The notes below the pieces were generated by a model. It worked only from the letters and a program-made list of their open reading frames with translations, was not told where the DNA came from and searched no databases. A DNA stretch of 54,558 nucleotides, from the IMG/VR virus record IMGVR_UViG_3300013125_000008, positions 1-54,558 of that record. One strand, 5' to 3'. This stretch comes from a virus (taxonomy: Duplodnaviria > Caudoviricetes). Position 1 is the stretch's first letter. Each line of letters starts with the position of its first letter. This document shows, piece by piece, positions 17,334 through 27,597 of the stretch. A program made the translations under genes and the position numbers.

Positions 17334-18767
17334 ATGTCTTCAGCGAACTATGCGCCCCCGAGCGTAAATGTAAATGTTATTTCAAATCCCCGAATTATAT
17401 CCGGGGCAACAGCATCTCGATATCCTGCGATTGTTGGTATCGGACCCTCTTCAATTACTGTTATAGCCGAGCCAGTTATCTACCAAGGAGACGGGATTGT
17501 ACATTCTCTAAAAGTTGCTCCGCTGCCGGGTGCAGGTGTTACAGCATTTTCTAGATGGGGAGTTACCGCATTAGCAAATCCGGTTGCTGATGTAGTTGGA
17601 CAAAATTTATATTCTACGCCGACCACGACTACTACAAGCGGTACATTTACTTATGCTACCGGCAGCACTTCAAAACCGACCCCCGGAAGTCCTGTTTATG
17701 TAAGTTATACATACACTCCTGATCCCGCTGTGCAACTCGCTCCGGAATTATTTTTTGATGCAGACTTAGTACGAAATAAATACGGAGCTGAAAATAACAG
17801 TACCGGATCTTTAACAACTGCCGCAAATATTGCTTTTGAAAATGGCGCTCCCGGAGTTATCGTTTGTCAGGTCTCCGGCTCGACAGCCGTTGCCGCAAAT
17901 TACGGAGCAGCGCTCGAAGTATTGCTTAAGCGAAATGATATCGAGGATATTATTCCTGTTTTTCCTAGCGGGACACTTTCCAATGTGCGTTCATCTACTC
18001 TTCCTTATCTTATCAGTCATTGTTTGACTGCCGCAAATTTCGGAAAAGAAAGAGGTTTTATTTACGGAGCATCTTCTCCATATTTATGCAGCGGGTCTGT
18101 CGATACAGTTGCTTTCTTAGCGAGCGCCGCGTCAGCAATAACGTTTGAAAACGCTTCTTTCGTAGTACCTTCAGTTATTCAACGTACAGATCAGAATAGT
18201 AATACATTTTATGTAGATGGAGATATGGGCGGAGCAGCACTTGCCGGTTATCGTGCGTCTTTAGCTAAGCGCAGCACTCCAATGACAGGAGCAGTACTAG
18301 TAGGTCTTACAATTCAAGATGGTAAGTGGAATGAAGCAGAAATGAATCAATTAGCTGCTGCTAATTGCGTCGTGCTAGAAAGTAAAATGGGTATTGTAAC
18401 CGTAAGAGATGCAATCACTACTGATCCTACTTCTGCAGATACGCAAGAAATGTCAATAATTGCAAGTAAGCGATTGGTAAAAAGAACATTAAGAGAAGGA
18501 TTAACCAGACAGTTTCTAGGCAGAGGTAGGGTTATTACTCCATCTACGCCCTCGGAAGTGTCAAATGCGACAATAGGATTGTTAAAAGGTCTTGTACAAG
18601 ATGAGGAGATATTCGGATACGGAGCAAAGAACGATCCGTCCACCGGAGAGACGGCCGTAAGCGCTGTACAGAATACTCTTAATCCCCGACAGATAGACGT
18701 TACTTGTTCTATTAAGTATCTATATCCTTTGAAATATTTGAACGTCAGCGTCAGTTTATACATTTAA
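17334..18767 (+). CDS. contractile tail sheath protein
   Basis: N-term YAPPSVNV, AFENGAPGVIVCQV, C-term VRDAITTD...EMSI...NPRQIDVTCSIKYLYPLKYLNVSV; ATG 17334 with AGGAG RBS. Confidence 0.9.
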   Translation: MSSANYAPPSVNVNVISNPRIISGATASRYPAIVGIGPSSITVIAEPVIYQGDGIVHSLKVAPLPGAGVTAFSRWGVTALANPVADVVGQNLYSTPTTTTTSGTFTYATGSTSKPTPGSPVYVSYTYTPDPAVQLAPELFFDADLVRNKYGAENNSTGSLTTAANIAFENGAPGVIVCQVSGSTAVAANYGAALEVLLKRNDIEDIIPVFPSGTLSNVRSSTLPYLISHCLTAANFGKERGFIYGASSPYLCSGSVDTVAFLASAASAITFENASFVVPSVIQRTDQNSNTFYVDGDMGGAALAGYRASLAKRSTPMTGAVLVGLTIQDGKWNEAEMNQLAAANCVVLESKMGIVTVRDAITTDPTSADTQEMSIIASKRLVKRTLREGLTRQFLGRGRVITPSTPSEVSNATIGLLKGLVQDEEIFGYGAKNDPSTGETAVSAVQNTLNPRQIDVTCSIKYLYPLKYLNVSVSLYI

Positions 18768-18795
18768 TTAGATTTTTAAGGAGAATAGAAAGAAA

Positions 18796-19269
18796 ATGAC
18801 TCGTATTCCAGATACTAAAACTGTAGTTTCTTATGCATATACGGTAAAGATTGGTGGAGCTATCGTAGGAACCCTTCAAGGATTTAGCGTAAATGAGAGT
18901 AGACTTCTTGACAGGGTAAGAGAAATTAATGCCGGTAGTGTAGTCGGAGGTAATACTGAAGATGTGTTCGAAATACTTCCAGGCAGAGGCGAAATAACTC
19001 TTACTATCGATAAATTTGAATTGTTCGATCTTACTAAGAATATCGGAACAATGATCGGGCAATCCGCTTCGCAGCCTCAGCTTACTGATTTAACTAACTC
19101 TTTTCAGATTGATGAAGTTCTTAGCAAATCAAATGCTCCAGCTTTTCGTACTATTTCTTATATGGGATGCTGGGTTCAGGGAAAAACAAAAGCTGTAAGA
19201 GAAGGAACTATCACAGTAGCAGAAAATGTTACGGTTTGGCCAACGCATATTATTATTACGAATGGTTAG
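18796..19269 (+). CDS. tail tube protein
   Basis: 157 aa after sheath; VGTLQGFSVNESR..RVREI, EILPG, YMGCWVQ, ITVAENVT; AAGGAG RBS. Confidence 0.8.
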   Translation: MTRIPDTKTVVSYAYTVKIGGAIVGTLQGFSVNESRLLDRVREINAGSVVGGNTEDVFEILPGRGEITLTIDKFELFDLTKNIGTMIGQSASQPQLTDLTNSFQIDEVLSKSNAPAFRTISYMGCWVQGKTKAVREGTITVAENVTVWPTHIIITNG

Positions 19270-19281
19270 CTAAAAAAAAGA

Positions 19282-20031
19282 ATGGCGATTGTTGGAATTC
19301 CTACAGCATTTACTCCCCCGTTGCTTCAATCTCTTGAAGAGCTCGGGTCTTTATCAGAAACTTCAGGATTAGTTGAAATAAAGCCATTTCGAGACTGGGA
19401 AGATAAAAAATGGAAGCAGCGCATTTTTAAGTTGCGGCTTGTTAATGGCGGAGAGATGTTAGATATATATACGTACGCCGCAGATTTTCCGGAAACTGCA
19501 AGAGAAGCTGTTATAAGAAGAGAAATATTAATTCGTTCTTTATGGAGCATCGATGGAAGAGATTTAATTACTCCCGAAGAGCTTGCGAAATATAACGAAG
19601 CTCATAAATCTACGCTTTCAGCTATCGAATTTTTAAGAATGTGGTTTTATAATTTAGAAATTCCAGTAATTGAGAGGTTAGAAAGCATTTATTCTTCTTT
19701 ACAGCTAAAGCAGCTACGAAGACTTCAAGGAGTAGAAGCTTGCGCAGCGTGTGGATTAACTTTTAAAACGTTGCCAGAAGGTTCTGAAAGAATTAATTAC
19801 AGTGGCGGAGAGATTGTTTGCAGCGCTTGTATTAGCGGGATTGATAGAAAAGATTTCGATTTTGTAGATGCTGTTAAGCCCGCATTTATTCCGGAGCCTA
19901 AGGAAACGTTGCCTGTAGTTGAAGAAGAGATAAATTCTTTTCCAGAAAATTATAGGTGTATTAATTGCGGAGACGAATTTAGTACAACCGAAGAGATGGT
20001 TAGTCATCAGATTAACTGTACTAAAAAATAA
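19282..20031 (+). CDS. tail assembly chaperone-like protein with C-terminal Zn fingers
   Basis: Between tube and tape measure; CAAC...CSAC and CINC...HQINC. Confidence 0.5.
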   Translation: MAIVGIPTAFTPPLLQSLEELGSLSETSGLVEIKPFRDWEDKKWKQRIFKLRLVNGGEMLDIYTYAADFPETAREAVIRREILIRSLWSIDGRDLITPEELAKYNEAHKSTLSAIEFLRMWFYNLEIPVIERLESIYSSLQLKQLRRLQGVEACAACGLTFKTLPEGSERINYSGGEIVCSACISGIDRKDFDFVDAVKPAFIPEPKETLPVVEEEINSFPENYRCINCGDEFSTTEEMVSHQINCTKK

Positions 20032-20054
20032 TTTTATTTTGAAGATGAAAATAC

Positions 20055-20723
20055 ATGCGCTCTTTACGGACCTTTACAGAACCGGAAAAACAAAAAATAA
20101 AGTTTACTTACTATGACCTAACGAATTGCTTGTTTTATAATCAGCCTCCGGTTCATACGTTTCACCCTTTCAAATATTTATCTCCACAATCTTTAAGAAG
20201 TTTATCGCTAACTGCAAAAGTTTTTTTATCAGATCCTCCGCTTATACCGAAATTGCTGCTAGAAAAACATCTATTTGCGATAAACGGAAATGAAATTAAA
20301 GATACTGAAAGTTGGAAAAAAATTACGCCGTGGATGCTATCAGCTATTTTGATAGAAATAAAACGGGGGGTAAAAGCATGGAAAAATTACATTGTTGCTG
20401 AAATGGATGATTATTGCAAAACTTTTGATTCGCTAATTCAATGGAGTTACGTGAAGCAAGGCGGCGTGAATCAACTTTTTCCTGCCCCTTCGCCGGAGCA
20501 GAAGTATTGGTTAACAGCTAATGATTATCTTGACAAGCAGGATATTTATACTTATGTAGATGCAGTGAAAGAAAGTATTCTACCATGGCTGGATTTACAA
20601 TTATGGAAAAATGTTAAGAAGAAAAAAGAAAACACTCGTACGAATATAGATTACGAGAGGCAAAGAAAAGAATTTATAGAGCGTTCAATAGTGGACGAAG
20701 AATCATTAGATATAATTAAGTAA
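20055..20723 (+). CDS. hypothetical protein (second tail assembly factor)
   Basis: 222 aa directly before tape measure. Confidence 0.5.
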   Translation: MRSLRTFTEPEKQKIKFTYYDLTNCLFYNQPPVHTFHPFKYLSPQSLRSLSLTAKVFLSDPPLIPKLLLEKHLFAINGNEIKDTESWKKITPWMLSAILIEIKRGVKAWKNYIVAEMDDYCKTFDSLIQWSYVKQGGVNQLFPAPSPEQKYWLTANDYLDKQDIYTYVDAVKESILPWLDLQLWKNVKKKKENTRTNIDYERQRKEFIERSIVDEESLDIIK

Positions 20724-20724
20724 T

Positions 20725-23178
20725 ATGCCAGAAACAGATTCAATTACAGGACAAGAAACGATTCAACCGCAAGCGGCTACTGTATCTCCGGGAGTAGGCG
20801 CTGAAAATATGGCGTTTCTTTATAGTTTTCTTCAGAATATGTCTCAGACATTATCTAGTGTTATGTCTAATCCTATTATGTCTGGTGAGGCGTTTAGAAG
20901 AATTGGCGGATTATATAATCAACATTTGATTGCGAATAGCGATAAGCTGATCGAAAAAATTAAAGTTACTAATCAATTATCCGAAAATCAGATTAGAATA
21001 TTTCGTCAGCAATTTTCTCAGAATCTTCAACTTGCGGGGTCTTATCAGTTTCTTGCAGGAACTGTTACCGGTTTTGGCTTAAGTATTCTTAAGGCAAACG
21101 AAGCACTTCAAGAACAGGGAGCAAGAGCGGGACAGCAAGTAGCACTTGCTAATATTCCGCGAACGCCGGGAGGAAATTTATCAAGCGATGCGTTTAAGTA
21201 TAATCTTGGTCAAACAATTTTTAATAATCGTACTGAGCAGTATTTTGGTCCGGAAGTTGCGCAAACTCAACAACAAATTTTAAAAGAAGTTAATTGGATG
21301 TTAGCAGCTCAGCATAAATCCGAGGGAACGATTAATGCTTTTTCCCGAACTGCTGCTTTAAATCAGCAAGTTACTGGAATACCGTTCGCCGGATTAGTTA
21401 ATCAATTAGTAAAATCCTACAATGGATCAGGATTGAACGTAGAGGGTGCTGTAACTATTGCAAATGATCTTATGAATCAGAGCATGTCTGGGCAGCAATT
21501 TTTGACGCGTCCCGGAGACGCTACTAATATGTTTATGAATCTTGCTAAGGCAGGAGAAGAATTCGCAGGTCCGGGCGCTCCCTCTCTTAAATTTGCCGGT
21601 AAAGGACTTGGATTACTTCGAGAATTGCCGGGAGGTCGAGGCTTTTCTGAAGAAAATGCGATGGCGATATTGCGTACGATGTCGTCAATTGCAGCTCCCA
21701 GCAATGATGAGCAGCGAATGCACATGAATTTATTTAGGACAAAAGGAAAATTTGGGGCGTTAGAAACTCAAAAATTAGTTGATTTAATTGCTAATGATCC
21801 TGCTGCAGCATTGCCCGTGCTTTATAATGCAGCGTATGGAGATAGATCCTCCGATCAGGCGAGTAAATATAATCAAACTGCGAATCGTCCGACAAAATTG
21901 ATAGAGCAAACTTTATTAGGAGGAGATAAGAATGCTCTTAAAGCGCTTATACAATTTAGAAAACAGGCGGAAATGCTTAGTAGCGAGAGCAGAATAAGTG
22001 TTGCAGATGCGGAAAAGCAATTGGTAGAAATGTTTCAAAAAAGTGGCCTATCGATAAAGGATAATATAGAAGCGTACAATGGGCTAACTAAAGATATCAC
22101 AGCGTTACAGCCTCAAGTAAAAGCTCAATCTACGCTTATGGGAGATCCGCTGCACGCTCTTTCTGGATGGATTAAAGCGACGAAAAATACAGGAATTGAA
22201 ACTCTGACTGATGTGACCGGCAATCCGCGGGCAGGATCTTATTTAGGAGGCGCATTAAGCACAATTGGAACTGCCGCTCAAATCTTTTTTGCATTACGTG
22301 GTAAGGTCGGGGCGACAATGATGCTAGAAGAGTTGCAAAATGGAAACTGGTTTGGTGGATCGCAAGCCGGAGAAGGTGTAGGAAAGGGAGAAGGAAATGG
22401 CGGTATGAGTGCGGTAACGCTGATGGCGCTGCTGCAAGCTGGAAAATTTAAAACAACAAAGTTACCGTGGAAAAATTTATTTATTGGTCCAGGAACTCCT
22501 GCAATTCCCCCTACGCCAAGTCCTTACTACGGAATTCCGGATACTCCGGGTCAGCCAGCTACTTTAGGAAAATTAACGCCGTTATCTAAAGGTCTTGCTA
22601 CTGCTGCTGCATTCGAGGGAGCGTATTCTTTGTATACTAAAGTAACGGATAAGACTGCTACAAATGCGGATAAGATTAATACCGGTTTAGCAACGCTTGC
22701 TAAAACTATAGGTGGAGTAGCAGCATGGGTACCAGGCGGCCAGATTGTTGCTGGAACAGCGCTTGCAACAGGTTATGCTATGGATATTGCAAATAATCTT
22801 ACAAAGCCGGATACTGCGTGGCATGGAAGTAAAGGAGCTTATGAAACCTGGATTAAAAGTAAACATCTTGGAGTAACGGAAGAAGGAGATGTATATGTAC
22901 CGGGGGGATTTAGCGGATGGGGTTCTAAAATGCAGTATCGAAATTCTCGAGGTATTAGAAAAGGTGAGTATCCCGAGATTGATATAGTGCAAGAGGATAT
23001 TAAGAAAGTTTTTAAAGAATCAAAAGCGTCTGCTGCCGCAACTAATGATATCGCCGGAACATTAATTATCGATATTCGATCTAACGGAGAATCTATAAAA
23101 GAGCAAGCAATGAACTTAGCGATAAAGGAAACACTTTACGCTCAAGTTTCTCTAGGAACAACAGGAACTACTACGTAA
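20725..23178 (+). CDS. tape measure protein
   Basis: 817 aa Ala/Gly/Gln-rich helical protein in canonical position after tube and chaperones. Confidence 0.65.
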   Translation: MPETDSITGQETIQPQAATVSPGVGAENMAFLYSFLQNMSQTLSSVMSNPIMSGEAFRRIGGLYNQHLIANSDKLIEKIKVTNQLSENQIRIFRQQFSQNLQLAGSYQFLAGTVTGFGLSILKANEALQEQGARAGQQVALANIPRTPGGNLSSDAFKYNLGQTIFNNRTEQYFGPEVAQTQQQILKEVNWMLAAQHKSEGTINAFSRTAALNQQVTGIPFAGLVNQLVKSYNGSGLNVEGAVTIANDLMNQSMSGQQFLTRPGDATNMFMNLAKAGEEFAGPGAPSLKFAGKGLGLLRELPGGRGFSEENAMAILRTMSSIAAPSNDEQRMHMNLFRTKGKFGALETQKLVDLIANDPAAALPVLYNAAYGDRSSDQASKYNQTANRPTKLIEQTLLGGDKNALKALIQFRKQAEMLSSESRISVADAEKQLVEMFQKSGLSIKDNIEAYNGLTKDITALQPQVKAQSTLMGDPLHALSGWIKATKNTGIETLTDVTGNPRAGSYLGGALSTIGTAAQIFFALRGKVGATMMLEELQNGNWFGGSQAGEGVGKGEGNGGMSAVTLMALLQAGKFKTTKLPWKNLFIGPGTPAIPPTPSPYYGIPDTPGQPATLGKLTPLSKGLATAAAFEGAYSLYTKVTDKTATNADKINTGLATLAKTIGGVAAWVPGGQIVAGTALATGYAMDIANNLTKPDTAWHGSKGAYETWIKSKHLGVTEEGDVYVPGGFSGWGSKMQYRNSRGIRKGEYPEIDIVQEDIKKVFKESKASAAATNDIAGTLIIDIRSNGESIKEQAMNLAIKETLYAQVSLGTTGTTT

Positions 23179-23969
23179 TGGCAAGAATACCTATTAAAAT
23201 ATTTGCAATTCCTTCTTCAGAGTTGATATCTACCGGTACAATTGCTTCTCCTTATCAAAAACAAGATTATTTAATAGGAGTAACAGATAAAGATATCGTA
23301 ACAGATGCAGAATCCGGCAATGAAGTTATTTATTTAGTACCGGAAAATTTTCCTGATCCTATAGATACTACAAATTATCCTGCGGGAGCTACGCGGAGAG
23401 ATAGATGGAATGTTACTCGACGCACTAATGCGGCAGACAATACTCGCGCTGCTATTAATTTAGGTAGTAAATTATATTTTATTCAAGATAGTACGTCTAA
23501 GAAGACTTTTTTTGATCAATATCCGACGTTTGAATTTTATGTAAATCCAGAAAATATTTCTATTACTTCTCAGAAATTATTGACGGAAATTAGAACTCGT
23601 CGCGGCTGGGAGATTCAGCATTGGGGAGAAGCGATATCTGAATTATCTGTAGCTGGCAGAAGTGGCGGCATGCATCACGCTTCTCGCAGTTTCGGAGAAG
23701 CTGTAGAAAAGTTAACAGATTCAACAGCGTGGAAGCGATTAGATCAATTAAAGCAATTCTATAAAGCTGATTATGCTTTAGCTAATAAGCCTCAGAATAG
23801 GCAATTAGCGATGACTTATTACGATAAGCTATTGATAGGATATTTTAAATCGTTTAATGGCCCCGATGCGGATGCTATGAATCCATATATTGTTAAATAT
23901 TCATTTACATTTAAGGTAACTGATGAGCGACAATTTCCAGCATCGATTACTAATGTAGCTACTGTATAA
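23178..23969 (+). CDS. baseplate tube-initiator-like protein
   Basis: FEFYVNPENISIT...TRRGWEIQHWGE..SELSVAGRSG...YSFTFKV; follows tape measure. Confidence 0.6.
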   Translation: MARIPIKIFAIPSSELISTGTIASPYQKQDYLIGVTDKDIVTDAESGNEVIYLVPENFPDPIDTTNYPAGATRRDRWNVTRRTNAADNTRAAINLGSKLYFIQDSTSKKTFFDQYPTFEFYVNPENISITSQKLLTEIRTRRGWEIQHWGEAISELSVAGRSGGMHHASRSFGEAVEKLTDSTAWKRLDQLKQFYKADYALANKPQNRQLAMTYYDKLLIGYFKSFNGPDADAMNPYIVKYSFTFKVTDERQFPASITNVATV

Positions 23970-23984
23970 TTAAAAAGGCAAGTT

Positions 23985-24680
23985 ATGCAAAAAATTAGTA
24001 AAATTTTTAAAGTTGCGGAAGACCGAGTAGGTCAGATGCTTACTCCTTCTATGATATTAGAAAAGAAAATTGTACCCGGATCTGTAATTACGCCTACTGA
24101 AGATCTAGAAGTTCCGGGGTATCCTGATAGAATGCTTTTCAGGTCCGGCGTTGGATATAAAATTAAGCAATTTTATGTTAATAGAGCGGGACAAGGAAGC
24201 ATTCTCGTAGAATCGGAAGTAGGGGATTGGGGAATACATTTCGCAGCTGAAGGTGGCGCAGAGTTTTTTAGATTGCCTTCTCCAGGAGAGCAATTATCTC
24301 AACCTTCTCCGTCGCCGCTAGTAAAAGCGCCGGCTAAGGAAACAGAAACGCCTTCTCCGATAGCTAAAGAAATAGAGCAGGCTCTCGGTTATTCACTTTC
24401 TGGAATAAAATTAAGGCTGTATAATAGAATATTTGTAGCTATTCGCGCAAGCGAGCATGAAGGTTCAATAGGCGGCATTGCGGCGGTGCGTCGGAAATTT
24501 CTCGGCAACGGTTTAAATGAAAATCAGATGACGGCAGAAAGCCGGCAATTTGAAGCAGCTTTAACTGAAATGTCACAGGAAGGGCTAATACAAAAAAGTG
24601 CGGTGAATGTAGCTATTACGCAACTCGGTGATAAATTAATTACAATAATGAATAATTTTTTAATTTCGCAGAAGAAATAA
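23985..24680 (+). CDS. hypothetical protein inserted in baseplate module
   Basis: 231 aa, two domains joined by Pro/Ser linker; begins MQKISKIFKVAE. Confidence 0.6.
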   Translation: MQKISKIFKVAEDRVGQMLTPSMILEKKIVPGSVITPTEDLEVPGYPDRMLFRSGVGYKIKQFYVNRAGQGSILVESEVGDWGIHFAAEGGAEFFRLPSPGEQLSQPSPSPLVKAPAKETETPSPIAKEIEQALGYSLSGIKLRLYNRIFVAIRASEHEGSIGGIAAVRRKFLGNGLNENQMTAESRQFEAALTEMSQEGLIQKSAVNVAITQLGDKLITIMNNFLISQKK

Positions 24681-26932
24681 TGGATCCAGTTGCTCATTTT
24701 TATCCAGATGCTATCGTAATATTTGCAATAGGATTTGAACGCAAGTGTGTACGCGGCGGATCCCCAAGCGCTTATACAGAAGCTGATATAATAGGAATTG
24801 CTCAGAATTTCGGATGGGAAGAGCAAAAAGAAATATCGTCTATCGCTATTACAAAAACTATAAAAGGAAGTCCAGGAACTTTTTCTTTAACATTAATTGA
24901 TACGAATAATAAATTTATAGAACCAGATAATCCCGACGTTGATATTAAAAACGCAGCGGCAAGAAGCGGAGCAAAATTAAAAAGTGTTCAAATAGCGATG
25001 AGCGAAAAGACAAATAGTAAAGGCCAGAAGCTTGCACAATCTGCTAAAATTAGTACTGCAACAGTCGTGACAGCAGAAAGTAGTGTGTCTTATCCCTACA
25101 CAACTTTTAATACCTGGAAAGAAGATTATGATTATGGTATTATAGTGGACGGAATAACCTATCCTCTAGCATACCATATTAATAATGCAGCTTCTCCTGC
25201 TCAAGTAGATCAGCGATGGGTATTTTTAGCGCATGGTAAGAAAGTTGGATATTTAATTAAAGTTATTTCTTCCGCAGCGGATGAAGTAGCGTTTCAAGCG
25301 GCGTTTCAAAATACGGATTCTATAAAATGGTCACTAGCTTATGAGTTTTCGCCGGCAACTACGGTAAAATCTCCGCCTCAAATTTCAGTTGAAGTATTTA
25401 GAAGAAAGAGGAAGAATTTTTTAAATCTTGCGAAAGATGTGTATGAGCAGGGAATCGGCGAAGAAGAATTTCAAAAAGGTCGCTGTAAGATACATCCGAT
25501 GGATAGAGTTATTATTTTTTTACCAGAGAGATTCGGTGATCCCGATAATCCGCGATTAGTTCAAGCTTTCACCGGAGTTGTAAATACTGTTCAGCAAGGT
25601 TATAGCGGGAATAGTAATACTATTTCGGTAACGGGAGAAGATGTTACTAAATATTTACGCACGTCTTACATAGTTACGAACGCTGCATTACAGTTATTCG
25701 CAGATATGCCTGATCAGACAAGCGATGACGGAATATCGATATGGAATAATATATTTAAAGGGCTCACCGCTCCTGATATTGTTAAAATTTTATTACTCGG
25801 TTCTACAGAAGCAGCCGTACAAGAATATGGCAATAGGAAAAATATTTCTCCGGTTTATGAATATAAAGTTTTTTCTTCTAATGAAAGTAAAGGAAAGAAA
25901 TATGATCTTAAGAAGAAGCAATGGGTAGAAGCGGATACTCGACATATAGAGAAAGGTGTTCCCGTAGATATAGCCGGTAATGTTGTATATGCTAATTTTA
26001 AAGATATAGTCGGAGATTTATTTCAAGCTTCAACCGTACACGTGATTGATCCGTTCGTTAATGCTAATGCGAAAGATCTTAAAGGGTTTAGAGCCCCTAC
26101 GGAGGTACTAAATTTATCGTGGAGTTTTTACCAAGCTGATTTTAAAACAAGAGCTGAGATTATTCGGCAGCTTGCAGACGATACCGGATTTGATTTTTTT
26201 GCTGATGGTAAAGGAGATATTTGGTTTCGCCCGAAAAGATTTGATTTTGCGAATATTACGTGCAGCGTCAATCCTGAAATGCATATAGCTCGCACAGAGT
26301 CTATTATAAGTTACGCATTTGTAGAGGATGATAGTCAAATATTTACATCTGTATATGCGTATACAGATCCGCCGTTTGCACTTTCTAAATTAGAATCTAC
26401 GGGACTTTACAGAGGAGCATGGAGAGATGATCAAGCGGTACTTCAATTCGGACAACGTCTGCATACTATTTATAATCCTCTTATTCGGCCGGGGTATGCT
26501 ACTGCTCCCGATTATACGAATAAAATAAAATCTAATAGCGCGTTAAATTTTTTCGCAAAGTCAATATTGCAACGGCTATTAGCTAATCAATTACAGGGAC
26601 AAGTTGAGGTAACCGGCAGACCAGAATTAGAGCCCGGTAATTTACTTTATATTCCAATAAGAAATATGGTTTATTACGTAGAAACTGTAGATATCGCACT
26701 TACTTTCGGAGAAAGATATTCAACTACGTATCATCTCGCCTATGGCAGAAAACCTTGGGGATTTTTACCAGAATTATTATCTTTTTCAGCAGCGGACGAC
26801 ATTTATATTTCAGGTACAAATAGCTTGCCAGGTACTGCTAAAATTATAAATATATTTAAGGATAAAAAAGCTATCGACGAAACGGACAAGATTAACTATA
26901 ATATTATGAAAAATAAATTTATACATAACTAA
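24680..26932 (+). CDS. baseplate hub protein (gp27/GpD-like)
   Basis: PGTFSLTL, IHPMDRVIIF, AFTGVV, VTGEDVTKYL, FFADGKGDIWF, GQVEVTGRPELEPG...YYVETV. Confidence 0.7.
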   Translation: MDPVAHFYPDAIVIFAIGFERKCVRGGSPSAYTEADIIGIAQNFGWEEQKEISSIAITKTIKGSPGTFSLTLIDTNNKFIEPDNPDVDIKNAAARSGAKLKSVQIAMSEKTNSKGQKLAQSAKISTATVVTAESSVSYPYTTFNTWKEDYDYGIIVDGITYPLAYHINNAASPAQVDQRWVFLAHGKKVGYLIKVISSAADEVAFQAAFQNTDSIKWSLAYEFSPATTVKSPPQISVEVFRRKRKNFLNLAKDVYEQGIGEEEFQKGRCKIHPMDRVIIFLPERFGDPDNPRLVQAFTGVVNTVQQGYSGNSNTISVTGEDVTKYLRTSYIVTNAALQLFADMPDQTSDDGISIWNNIFKGLTAPDIVKILLLGSTEAAVQEYGNRKNISPVYEYKVFSSNESKGKKYDLKKKQWVEADTRHIEKGVPVDIAGNVVYANFKDIVGDLFQASTVHVIDPFVNANAKDLKGFRAPTEVLNLSWSFYQADFKTRAEIIRQLADDTGFDFFADGKGDIWFRPKRFDFANITCSVNPEMHIARTESIISYAFVEDDSQIFTSVYAYTDPPFALSKLESTGLYRGAWRDDQAVLQFGQRLHTIYNPLIRPGYATAPDYTNKIKSNSALNFFAKSILQRLLANQLQGQVEVTGRPELEPGNLLYIPIRNMVYYVETVDIALTFGERYSTTYHLAYGRKPWGFLPELLSFSAADDIYISGTNSLPGTAKIINIFKDKKAIDETDKINYNIMKNKFIHN

Positions 26933-26952
26933 CGTATTAATAAGGCTTCTTA

Positions 26953-27582
26953 ATGTCTGCTTACATTATATCAAATTTTGTAAAAACTAAAGATTTTCGG
27001 TATACCGAAGACTTAAAATACGTAATCTTACACCATACAGCGACTTCGGGAAGCAATAGCGGAGAAGCTATTAATACCGCTGCAACTTTTTATGATGATC
27101 ACGGATCTCCTTATGATATAATTATTAATAGCGATGGAAAAATAGATCTTACAAGTAGGTGGATGCAAGCGAGAGATTCAAAACAATATCGAAAAAACAT
27201 TTTTACAAGAGAAATTCTTAATTATCCGAGACATTTTATCGCCGGTATTGGCATGGACGAATTTCAACGATTATACTCAATTCATATAGCTGTTGTTAGA
27301 AACTGTAATAATCAAACAGTAACGCATTTTCAAATAATATCTTTAAATAGAGTACTTAATTTATTAAAAGAGCAGCTTGCACTTACTGATATATATTTTC
27401 ATTCCGAGCTTGAAAATACTTCCTGTCCTGGCCGCTATTTTCCAGATAAGAATATATTAATTTATAATCCTGCGCGCTCCGGCCTGTCCACTGCGCAGAC
27501 CGAAGCTCAACCTATCGTTCCGGTAGTTATATCTACTGGTTGGGGCTTTAATTATGCTAATACGTATGGAAATAATCTTTAA
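26953..27582 (+). CDS. N-acetylmuramoyl-L-alanine amidase (Amidase_2, T7 lysozyme-like)
   Basis: VILHHTA, YDIII..DG, SIHIAVV, FHSEL..TSCPG zinc-ligand motifs. Confidence 0.75.
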   Translation: MSAYIISNFVKTKDFRYTEDLKYVILHHTATSGSNSGEAINTAATFYDDHGSPYDIIINSDGKIDLTSRWMQARDSKQYRKNIFTREILNYPRHFIAGIGMDEFQRLYSIHIAVVRNCNNQTVTHFQIISLNRVLNLLKEQLALTDIYFHSELENTSCPGRYFPDKNILIYNPARSGLSTAQTEAQPIVPVVISTGWGFNYANTYGNNL

Positions 27583-27597
27583 GAAAGGATTTAGTAA

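Noticed and set aside
20020-20057. Programmed -1 frameshift joining the two tail chaperone genes (lambda G/GT style)
   Set aside because: 20055 is in the -1 frame, but that frame has TGA at 20040-20042 after the ACT AAA AAA run, so a shift there would terminate.
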